Below, piece after piece: positions 23,324 through 34,800 of a stretch of 64,000 bases of DNA. The position numbers and the translations under genes are program-made. The notes beneath the pieces are model-generated. The model was not told the DNA's origin. It did no database searches and saw nothing but the letters and a program-made list of their open reading frames with translations. Each line of letters starts with the position of its first letter. Position 1 is the first letter of the stretch. Source of the DNA: Azolla caroliniana (lineage: Eukaryota > Plantae > Polypodiophyta); NCBI GenBank assembly GCA_043228905.1, contig JBHGNT010000016.1, positions 11,532,001-11,596,000 of the forward strand, read 5' to 3'.

Positions 23324-25227
23324 CGTCTCTGTGGCCTAGTCGAGGCCGACCATGCCTTCTTGGGCATTTACCAAGTGATCCACAACCGTCAACATCACTT
23401 CATCGAGTTCTCCTCCTCACATCTTAGATCTCCCTTGCCACCCTTTCATGTTACTTGGGTAGGACCACGGGGCTCTCAGATTAGGGAGTAAGAAGGGGTG
23501 GAGAAGACCCGAGATTTGCTTGTCGATGAAGACTACTTGCCGAGCAAGGGCTCATTGCTCCCTTTATGGAGCCGGTGGCTTTCGTTGACCAAGACTACTC
23601 GTCCAGTGTGTGGGTGCACAAGAAAAGGTGAGTAGACAAGGTGAACGTACAAAGAAAGCGGATGTAAACACAAACACAAAAGTCTGAACGCCTTGAGGAG
23701 GATAGGTGCTTCAGAACGCCTATCAAGAGCTTGGACCCAAATTGCTCCCTCGTCACAAGACGCATGAATGCACACGGAAAGGAAGAGCACACATTCACGA
23801 ATGCCTGCAGTCTTTAGGAGGAGGAGAGGCGCATGGGCACGCCCGACACGCTCCCTCGTCACAAGACGGCCGAACGTACAAGGAAGACACAAAACACACA
23901 CATGAATGCCCGTACACCTTTATAAGGAGGAGAGATATATCGGCACGCCCAAAACACTCTCTCGTCACAAGATGGTCGAACGTACAAAGAAGACACAAAA
24001 CACACACACACGAATGCTTGTACGTCTTTATGAGGAGGAGAGGTGCATGGGCACGCTAGAAACACTCTCTCGTCACAAGATGGTCGAACGTACAAAGAAG
24101 ACACAAAACACACACACACACGAATGCTTGTACGTCTTTATGAGGAGGAGAGGTGCATGGGCACACCAGAAACATTCCCTCGTCACAAGACGGCCAAACG
24201 TACAAGGAAGACACAAAATACACACATGAATGCTCATACACCTTTAGTAGGAGGAGAGGTGCATGGGCACGCCCAAAACGCTTCCTTGTCACAAAATGAT
24301 TGAACGTACAAAGAAGGGGACGAGAACAAAAACATAAATTATTGGATGGAGAAAGCAACACACATTTTCATTATACGACTTAAGAGCCAATCAAGAGATT
24401 ACAATGGAAGGGACTCGAGCAAAACACAAGCTCAAACACGAGTATGGAGAACAAAATTAAAGATGAAGGGATCTTGTGGGATGGGGAGGAAGATGTAGTC
24501 GAGTAGTGAACACCAAACACGTGAATGTAGGTGCAACCGAAGAAGAAGACAGTGAATACCGAAAGAAGACCATCGAGTGTCGTCCACGGAGACAAGCACT
24601 CGAACACCAAGAAAACGAGGACCACAAGCACACGGGCACACGGGCACACCAACACCAACACGAAGAAGACGAGCACAACGACGAAGAGGGGATGAAAGGT
24701 TATGAGCAAGAGTTTTTTACCCCAAAACGGTGAAGACGAAGATGAAGAGCTCGCAAAACGAAAATGGCCTCCTCCCCCAAAAAATCCTCCTAAAAATGAG
24801 CCCCTTGTCCTCCTTTTATAGGAAAAAAAAGGAAGGGGGGTTGCCACATTCATATTTAAAGCAAAAGGAATAAAACTCCTTGAATAATGTTGCACTATGA
24901 CACTAGATTCAAACCGTGCACCTCTCACTATAAATCAATGTCTCTAACCACTAAGCCATTAACTCTCTTTTATTTAGTGTATAATTCTATATCTACAAAT
25001 CAACATTCTAGTCTCATTTCTCCTCTCTCTTACTTTTCCTTTCTCTCTCCAATTACTCAAATTTTTGTGCCTCCTTTGCACCCTTGATTTTCCCATTTCT
25101 TTTGCACCACTTACACCCTTCATTTCACCATTTTATTCGTGAATGTGCATAAATAATTTCCCTTGCATGCACGCACATTGCACATCCGCCCTTGTGTTCA
25201 CCAGTTTTTCCCACACTCGGCATGACA
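23324..25227 (-). mobile_element. Truncated LTR-like segment containing a tandem array
   Basis: The minus strand starts TGTCATGCCGAG at 25227, with CCTATAAAAG at ~24820. It abuts copia RT sequence; the other end is not seen. Confidence 0.5.
23745..24315. repeat. Tandem repeat, ~106-110 bp unit, 5 full copies plus a partial
   Basis: The anchor CGTCACAAGA (or a variant) recurs at 23751, 23857, 23963, 24071, 24181 and 24287. Confidence 0.9.
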
Positions 25228-26963
25228 CATCATGGCAACGGGGTCGACTACAACGAGATCTTCTCGCCGGTAGTCAAGATGACCACCCTTTAGCTCCTAC
25301 TCGGAGCCCTGGTGATGGAAGATCTACAGCTCGAGCAATTGGACATCAAGAAGGCGTTCCTACATGGAGATCTCAACAAAGACATTTACATGTCTCAACC
25401 GGCAGGGTTTACGGCAATGGGGGAGCAACATCACCTCATCTGCCGGCTAAAGAAGAGCCTTTACGGCCTAAACCAAGAGCCGCAAATTTGAAACCTACAT
25501 CCGTCAGCTTGGATATAGCCAGTCGGACTTCGACCCATGCATGTACATCCAACAAGTGGCCGACGAGTCCTAGATCTATCTGATCCTTTACGTCGAAGAC
25601 ATGCTTATCGCCAGCAACGACAGAGCAAAGATCGGAAAGCTAAAACAGATTCTTCATAGAAATTCTCAATGAAGGAGCTCGGACAAGCTCGACATATACT
25701 GGGCATGAGGATAGAGCAAAATTGAACCGAAAAGACCCTCCGGCTCTCCCAATCCGACTACATCCAAAAGGTGTTGAGCGTTTCAATATGGAGAACGCGA
25801 AGCCAACACCGACACCACTTCTGATGTCACATCGACTATCGGATAGAGACTCTCCATCCATAGAAGAGGAGTGAAAGCTCACGAGCCGAATCCCCTACGT
25901 ATTGGCCATAGGAAGTCTTATGTACGCGATGGTGGCGACCTAACCAGATCTTGCTTATGTCATAGGGGTCACCTGCCGCTACATGTCCAAATCCGAATGG
26001 AAGTTGTGGGAAGCTTTGAAATATATATTCTGGTACCTGCGTGGCATCGAAGATCTACAACTAACCTTCAAATCGCACAACCCGAACAAGTAGAAGGCTA
26101 CATAGATTCCAATTATGCCGACAACCCCAACAATCGGAAATCCATGTTAGGATATGTCTTCACCTATGGAGGCGGCACCATATTATGGAGGTCGAAGATA
26201 CAGGATTGCATGACACTCTCCACAACAAAGGTCGAGTATATAGTTGCATTGGAAGCAACCAAGGAAGCCATTTGGTTGCACTGACTGTCGGCCGATTTTT
26301 CGGCCAATAGCCAAATCCACTATCCAGTGTCGACCCTATACTGCGACTCTCAAAGCGCAATACATCTCATCAAAATCTGATATACCATGCTAAGACGAAG
26401 TATGTTGAGGTGAGGTATCATCATATCCGGGAGCTTGTCACCGACAAGAAGCTCAACATCCGGAAAGTGGATACTTAGGTGAACATCGTTGACAGTCTGA
26501 CGAAGTCACTACCAGAACAATGCTTCGACACACTAAGAGGACAAATGGGGGACTACTATAGGTAGACAAGCGAAATAGAGCTGAATTCGAAGGTATAGAA
26601 GGTAAGTCAAAAAACAACACAGCTAGACAAGCCGAATTGGCAAAGGAGCCAAACAACTGAAAGGCTGAAGAGCAAAGAGCGAAGGAAGATGGAACCTGAT
26701 CGCCGACTCGAAAGGAGATACGAGTACTAGCCGACAACGGAAGCCAAAAGCCAACTCTAACTATGCCGATCGGCTTGTAACATACACTATAGTTTTAATT
26801 TGAAATGTAATTTAGGCTTACGGGGGAGATAGCCCCATATCATTGTATGTAGACAAAGTAGTCCTTTTATGGGGTAGTTTGTTGGGATAAAAATCCCACT
26901 CCACCCACTTTGTATCTCTAGTGTGAACACAGTTAACCTAACTATTTAAGTAGGTAAATGTTC
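25228..26963 (+). mobile_element. Decayed copia RT/RNase H and start of its 3' LTR (which resumes at ~39463-39569)
   Basis: GVDYNEIFSPVVKMTT, LYVEDML and EGYIDSNYA-like segments; PPT-like GGGGGAGA at ~26822. Split by an insertion with TSD TGTTC. Confidence 0.75.
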
Positions 26964-27548
26964 TATAAAAAGAATAGCGTGCGGAAGTAATAGAAAACCG
27001 AACATAGAAACACAGGTTTAATGGAGAGCTTGAATATACACAGTACGTGGGAGAGACAGATAGAGAGAATGCACAAAAAACTCAATTCAAATAATACTTA
27101 GTTTGTACATAGGATGTGCTCAGTGAGCACTTTTATATAAGTCCATACGGACTGACAGAAGTACTGACACGTACTTCAATGCTCATAACTGAGCTCTACA
27201 CTAACTCCCAAAATATATTCCTACGCGAAATATCTTTCCAACGGCCTCACGGTTTACGCACCGCTACTGCTTCTTGTTGCGTACCGGTTTATGCACCCGG
27301 TGTACGCACCGGTCCGGCCTAACCGATCGATCCCAACCGATTCGGTCAATGTTGAGCTTGTATCTCAACACTCCCCCTCAAGCTCAACTTCAGGTTCCAT
27401 CCGCTCTTCCAAATCTACACTCCGGTTCCTTCTGGCTTCACGCCTTGCTCGCTCTACTCGACCTATTCGATTCCACGCGCCTCGATCCTTCCGGTCGGCT
27501 TGCGTGCTCGTGCGGCCCTTCTCAGCTCCCTTGTTGTCGCGGTGTTGG

Positions 27549-28005
27549 TGTCATGATATGGCAAGACTCGAACCCATGATCTTATGCTACATGGGTCGAG
27601 CTCTTACCATTAGACTATGAATTGTAATACGTAGGATATTATTTTCATTTATACTTTATCATAGAAAATTGATGTATATTCCAGATCTCTCTGGAACATT
27701 CTAGAAGCTTCAGGATTATTCCTGAGAACACTATAAAAGAGGGCACTAGGCATTATGTTGAACCAAATTGGTTCAAAACCAGTCTTAAGCCTTTTAGCCA
27801 TTTTGTACTTATCCTTCACATAATATATTGGTTGTCATCATCATCTCTCTCTCTCTCTCTCTCTCTCTCATCCTCGCTATCTCTCCTTTCGCTTCTCTCT
27901 TTCTCTCTCTCTCTCGGGAGTCTTACGCAGTCCCGTCCTCTTAGTACTAATAGTACTGCTCTTCTTTAGTACTAATTCCATCTCTGCTTAGTACTATTCC
28001 TGACA
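27549..28005 (+). repeat. Solo LTR (457 bp), related to the LTR at 10997
   Basis: TGTCA...TGACA; TSD GTTGG (27544-48 / 28006-10). Shares the TGTCATGAT start, the tRNA-like segment, the HSE array and AACCAAATTGGTTCAAA with 10997-11320. Confidence 0.9.
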
Positions 28006-28569
28006 GTTGGCGCTTCTTCTGCTGCCTTCTCTTCCGCTTGGCCCTCAGTTTATTCGGTGTATCCGAATCAAACATCTAAACCGACTTGGCTTCCTCTGAT
28101 CAGTTTTCGCTTTCGTCCGAGTTGGCTGTCTCCAACTCGTCTTCGGTCTTCTCACCCTTGATGGCTTTGTCTCCCCCACGCTTGGTTGGCTTCGGTTCTT
28201 CCTTTTGACTGCTCCCCTTATGTCTACTTTTGGAATTTTCCGCGGATCCGTCCTCGACTTCTTCAGCCGAACTGAAATCAAATTCGTCATTCAACTCGGC
28301 GTCGCGGTCTTCCGGAACTTCTCTCCCCCTTCCGTGGTCAACCGGGACGTCTCTCCCCCTCAAGTTTAGCACGTCGAGGTGACGCAACCGAAGCACAACC
28401 GAGAATTGCCACAACTTGTCCAGACCAAGAGGGTTGGTGAAGATGTCGGCGGTCTGTTGATCCATCGGAACATACTGAAGTTCGACTTCACCGGAGAGGA
28501 CATGCTCACAGACGAAATGGTAGTGCACCTCAATGTGCTTAGTCCGGGCATGAAAGACGGGGTTCTTTG

Positions 28570-29073
28570 TGTTAGGAAACAGGTCCCTCCAGGTGGGAAG
28601 TGAGAAGAAACCAGAAATCGTGGAGATAGCCAACACGGAAGGCTAAGTTTGTAAATAGTCTGAATATGCCCCCGTGGGGTAAACTTGTAAACAGTCGAAA
28701 GGTTACATTAGTATATAAGTACTTAGGGCAATCATGTTAGATATGTGCGTTATTGTAAAGTTACTGTTAACGAGGTTGTTGCCTCTGTAACTATCAGAGT
28801 GAACGAGTGTGAGTGGAAGCGAGTGAGCTCCATAACCGCTTGTTGGCGAAGCAGGATCTCGAGGTTGTTGCCTCTAAGATCTCTGATTGTATTCCTTTCT
28901 CTCATAGTGTTCTGTTTCGGAGTTTGTGGACTCCACATGGTTTTTCATGTTTGGGTTTCCACGTTAAAATCTGTGTCATTCTTAGTTTTTGTATTCTATT
29001 TTTCCTTTCCATTAGATTGACTATTATTCCGCACACGTACAACCGGTTGTGGCCGGCAACGATTTTAACTTCA
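28570..29073 (+). repeat. Solo LTR (504 bp) of the copia family seen at 50312, 51913 and 60200
   Basis: TG...CA; TSD CTTTG (28565-69 / 29074-78). Shared motifs GGTCCCT, TTTGTAAATAG and CCGGTTGTGGCCG. Confidence 0.9.
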
Positions 29074-31880
29074 CTTTGCTAGTTGGATGTTGTTGAGGTT
29101 GTCGCAATAGATTGTCGTTGGATCAGATACCTCCACCTACAGATCCTTTTAAGTAGTCGCTTCAACCATATGGCTTCGCATGTCGCGACAACCGCTCCTC
29201 TATACTCGGCTTCGATGCTCGACAACGCAACTGTTGGCTGCTTCTTGCTACTCCACGCAATCGTGGCACTCCCAAGAGAAAACGCAAAACCGGACGTGGA
29301 TTGGCGATCGGCAACGTTGTCGGCCTAGTCGGCATCGGTGTAGTCGACCAACTGTGGGGTTGTATCGGTCCGATATAGTAGCCCTTGGTCCTTAGTGCCG
29401 CTTACATACCGCAGTACGCGTTGCGCACACTAAAGATGCTCCTCGGTAGGTCGTGCCATGAACTGACTAATCATCCCGACCGGGTAGCTAAGATCTGGTC
29501 GGGTGACGGTCAAGTATATAAGGCTTCCGACTATCTGTCGGAACCTCATCAGATCGCATACCTTTCCGGAATCAGGGCGAAGCTTGACGGTTCTATCCAG
29601 AGGAGTCGAGACGAACTTACAATCGGCCATCCCAAATTTGAAGAGCATACTCAGCACGTAATGTCGTTGGCTTATCAGTATGCCTTCGGGGGTGTGGATC
29701 ACTTTGATCCCAAGGAAGTAATGAAGGTCCCCCAAATCCTTCATGTCGAATGATGCCGCAAGTTGGAGCTTCACGCGGTCAATCTCACCTAGGTTGGCCC
29801 CGGTGCTGACCAAGTCATCAACATAAAGTAAAATGCTAACCGGCCCAAGTCGACCTTTTCGGATGAACTGTGAGGAGTCCGATTTTGACGTCGCAAAGCC
29901 CATTCGACGCAATCGTTGCGTGATCTTCGCGTTCCAGGCACACGGGGCTTGCTTTAGTCTGTAAAGGGACTTCTTCAACCGGCACACCGCCGAGGTGTTC
30001 GTTTCGGAATGAAATCCGGGGGGGTGTACCATGTACACCTACTCCTCAAGCTCACCTTGCAAGAACGCATTCTTTACATCCATTTGATGTTAAGTGCCAC
30101 CCCTTCGCCATAGCTACTACGAGCAAAACATGGACGGTCGTCATCTTCACAACAGGCGCAAAGGTCTCGTCGTAGTCCACGCCATGCTTCTACGCGTAGC
30201 CTTTCGGTACTAACCGGGCCTTGTATCGGTTGATTGAGCCGTCAATGTTGTACTTGACCTTGTACACCCACTTACATCCGATCGGCTTCACACCCTTTGG
30301 TGCGTCAACCAGGTCCCAGGTTTCATTTTCCGCCAATGCGTGCATCTCTTCCTCCATTGTGGCACGCCAATTCGCATCCTTCGCCGCTTCTGCGTAGCTC
30401 TCTGGCTCACACACTTCCGCCACACGCGTCATGTATGCATAGTGATGCGTCATGTACTCATTGTATACGAACCGCACAACAGGGTTCTTCTGGCGGGTAG
30501 ATCGGCGTGACTGCTCATTAGCCGATGTTGAGGCTTTCTTGGCTGACGCGGCCTTCGCTCTCGAAGACCCGTCATCACTTCCCTCAGAGTCGGACTGGCG
30601 TCGATCTGACTCGTTCCTATCTGTGCCATAATCCGACACCTTCTTCTTCCCTTTTTCCTCGTGCGTAAGTCGTCTCCTCGGCTTCCTGCACGGGGAATGC
30701 ACGGCCGAGTCTCCACTACTCGCCGACTCTTCTTCGGACTAGTCAAACCGACTCAGTCGTCCATTCGGTCCACTTAACCGAAACGAGATCGGACCCTCTT
30801 CGAGGGTCCCGATTTCACCCTCATCCGGAGGCCCTTCAACCTCACTGACCTCATCGTCAGAACTCGGATTGGAGTTGAGGTCCGGAGTCAGAGGCAAGTA
30901 CCAGGACGCGGACTTGTCAAACACAAAGTCACGACTCACGCGAGCTTGTTTGGTTCGGGGGTTATAGCACTTATTACCCTTCTGCTCGTCCGAATAACCG
31001 ACTAAGATACACTTCTCAACTTTCGCGTCGAACTTCCTCCGTTTCTCCTTCGGCACATGCACATACGTAATGCTACCGAAAACTCTCAAGTGTCGTAGAT
31101 TCTGTTTCCTTCCAAAATACAGCTCATGCGCCGACACTTTGTCTCCGATCCGATTCTGGATGTACACTACGGTTCGTACCGCCTTGGCCCAATAGAACTT
31201 GGGCAAGCTCTTTTCTTCCAGCATTGCCCGCGCCGCTTCCACAACCGACCGATTTTTCCTTTCGGCCATGCCATTTTGCTCCGGCGTATATCTGCAACTG
31301 AATTCGCGCCGAATTCCCATCTGTTGCAGATACCTGTTGAATTGACCGGAAAAGTACTCTTTTCCGCCATCCGACCACAGGCACTTGATCTTTCTTCCTG
31401 TTTCCCTTTCGTCGAAACTCTTGAAGTTCCAGAAACAGTCGAAACTCTTGACTTCACTCTTCTTCTCAATGAGGTAGATCCACGTGTGCCGCGTATAGTC
31501 GTCGATGAAGGAGACGAAATATCGACTCCCGCCAAGACTAAAATTTTGTGTCGGCCCCCATACATCGGAATGTATCAAGTCGAGCTTATTCCGGCTCCGG
31601 TTACGCTCGTTCGGGAAAGGAAGTCGGTGTTGCTTCCCTAGCTGGCAGGCTTCACAAATTTGTGCCTTCCGGCCACTAAATTTGGGCAATCCGAACACCA
31701 CCTGTTTCGATTGCAGGTCCTGAAGTTGTTGATAGTTGACGTGGCCTATCCGGTTGTGCCATAAGTCGATATCTGACTCGACTTTTTGTCCTTTCACGAA
31801 CATTGCGGTGCCACCGTCACTAGAGTCGAGGATAAACATCCTCCCGTCTCTACACCCTTGCGCAATAACTCAGCCTTCTT

Positions 31881-34800
31881 TGTTACGGGCATGACCATTT
31901 AATATCCCGTGGTGAGAATTTACCGTAGTATTCTATACACGTGGATAAGTGTGAGGGTTAAACGAGAGTGTAAAGAAGGGGAGGATTACTTTTAATCCTC
32001 GGGATTGAGACAACCCATTAGGTCAAGTGTGAACTTGCCTGGGGGCCTTGGGTATCGCTATAAATAAGAGGCCTAGCTACCCTCATTGGATCATCTTTTG
32101 ACTACATCGAGACTCTGCTCGTGTGGTGGGTCAACTCTTGTAGCGAGCGCGCCAGCACCAGGTACGACTCGACGCCACGACGGTGGTATGGGACGCCGAT
32201 CGAGGCTCGAGTCCGTCTCGATCCCTTCGCTCGGGGGTGGTCGGGTGGATCGGCACCCTTCTTTCTCTTTCTCCTTTCTATCTTTCATTTCTTTATCCTT
32301 ATCTTAAGCTTACTCTAGTACTTAGATCTATAATATTTGGTATCAGATTTTTGTACTAATGTTTCTTTGTTTTTCATTTGTCTTTTGATTGATGGTGATC
32401 GGTCGTTGTGCGGTTGGCCTTGATCCAGACAACGATCAACAAAGAACTTCGGTAACTCTTTCCATAATTTTTCTTTCTATTCTCTCTTCTCCCATCTAAT
32501 CATGTGTTTAGTTTATATGTAATTTTTTTTCATTAAGTCAATGATGTTGTAGTGGTCTTTAATTGATTCTCTAAAACGTTTACATATGTGCACGAGGTCA
32601 ATACCCCGTTTGACATATTAATAATATGTGATGAGTGTCGTATGCGTACGAGGTTAATACCTCAATTACGTATTACTTTCATGAACATATGTTACGTTTG
32701 CGTATGAGTTTAATACCTTGATTTGTTGTAAACGATATGCGGTTGGTCTCGTATGCGTAAGAGGTCAATACCTCAATTGCGTATTACGATGATCTCTTAT
32801 TTGTGGATGTTTCGTGTGCGTAGAGGTATATACCTCGATTACGTATCTCGATCACATCATTTGTGGCTATTTACTATAACGATATGTTTAATATAGGCAT
32901 ATGTGGTCACATATATATGTATTTGATCGTATATATGTGAAAAGTAAACATATGTGTATATTCGTTATTACGTGATTATGTCGAAAGTTGTCATGGTCGG
33001 GAAAAGGATGTTGGTGGCCGTCCTCACATTTTTGTGAGAATGGCGTTGTCACCATCCCTTTTTCAACAATTTTTTATTGTTGATAAACCCGTTGATGACC
33101 TCGATTTCGTTACGTAAAGAAACGCCAATAGCCATAATGATGTTGAGTACGTAGGGCTTGACCCACTTCAAGTGAGGTCGCTCCAATGACGCACGTATCC
33201 AACATCCCTCCCTCGTTACATGGATACGATGCCACCATGAGCTCGTTCTTACGAGAGGCATTCGTAATGACGTGACCATGTGATGGCCCACGTGAGCCTA
33301 CTACGAAACGAGGGCTCATTTGGCTTGACCATTAGGTTGCACTTTGGCGTATGCCATCGTAATTACGAGACTTGAGGTTAGGTAACGTACCAACATAGTT
33401 TTGGTAAATGAGGGCGAAATAAGGACCCTTGACATATATGTTCTTTTAAAAAAACATATATGATCAATTGCCTCGCATATCTCTTATACGCATCAAACAT
33501 TAAGCATTCGAGAAGGACCATAACAAACCCAACGAAGCGCCCGGGACTAAGCAGTCGCAATTTGTTGGGAAATGCAAGACACCCAACGAATTCCTGGATC
33601 GCGATTGTAAGCGACAACATCCTTTTTGTGTATTCTGCAAAAAGAAGGGTCATACAAAAGATCAATGTCGAAAGCTCCAACGGAAAGAGCACGACAACAA
33701 AGCTAAAGCTGCAGACCATAAAGGTCAGATTCCTAATGTCCTTCAGGTCTATACACATCATTTAAGTAATTGTCAATGTTCTTTCCCTCACTATGTATTG
33801 GGTCCCAATGATTTACTACGTGCAAACGGGTATATCAATGGATCTCCCGTACAATTTTTATTTGATTCGGGAAGCTCACACAATTTTGTGAATGATCGTT
33901 TGGTTCAGATATGGGGAATCCAGCCCACCGTAAGTGATCACACCTACACGGTGCACTTGACTGATGGAAGAGTACAATACATCAACGGGGCGATTCATTC
34001 ATTAGGAATTTCTATTGATACTTATATAGAGGAAGTAGACTTCCATGTAATGAATCTTTGTACCACCGATGTAATACTGGGTTATCCCTGGTTTTATAAT
34101 AAAAACTCTTCTTTATTAATTGATTGGGTTCGTCATTCCATTTCTTTTGTACTTAACGATTGTACGCATTTTATTCAATGTGTAAAAAAACAATCCCTCT
34201 CGATTGTTTCCTCGTGTCCATCAATATCTGAGTTGTCTTGTTCTACGTTATTTTATTGTGTACTTGATCCGGACATTCACGTTTACAATATCGATAATGT
34301 CCCGATTCAATTAACATATTTTGAACAACAACAACTTGATGAAATCTTAAATGATTTTCATGATGTTTTTCCAAGTGAACTACCTGATGGGTTACCTCCT
34401 AAACGTAATATAGACCATCGTATAGATATTGTACCTGGTGTTGCACCAATAAGTATACCTCCGTATTGCTTAAGTCGATCCGAAGAAGATGAGGTATCTA
34501 AGCAACTCAAGGACTATTTACGAATGGGTTATATACGTTATAGTAAATCTCCATGGGGTGCACCAGTTCTCTTGGTTAAAAAGAAAGAGGGCACATGGCG
34601 TATGTGTATTAATTACCGACGCTTGAATAAAGTGACGATCAAGAATTCGTATCCATTGCCCCGGGCTGACGATCTAATTGACCGTCTCCAGGGAGCTCGG
34701 TATTTTACGAAACTTGATCTCCGTACTGGCTACCATCAAATACGAATAAGTGAGGATGATGTTCCTAAAACGGCATTTCGTATGCGCTATGGCCATTACG

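Noticed and set aside
32579-32851. CRISPR-like repeat-spacer look
   Set aside because: Repeats are degenerate, spacers are short and uneven, there are no cas genes, and the array lies inside a plant retrotransposon leader.
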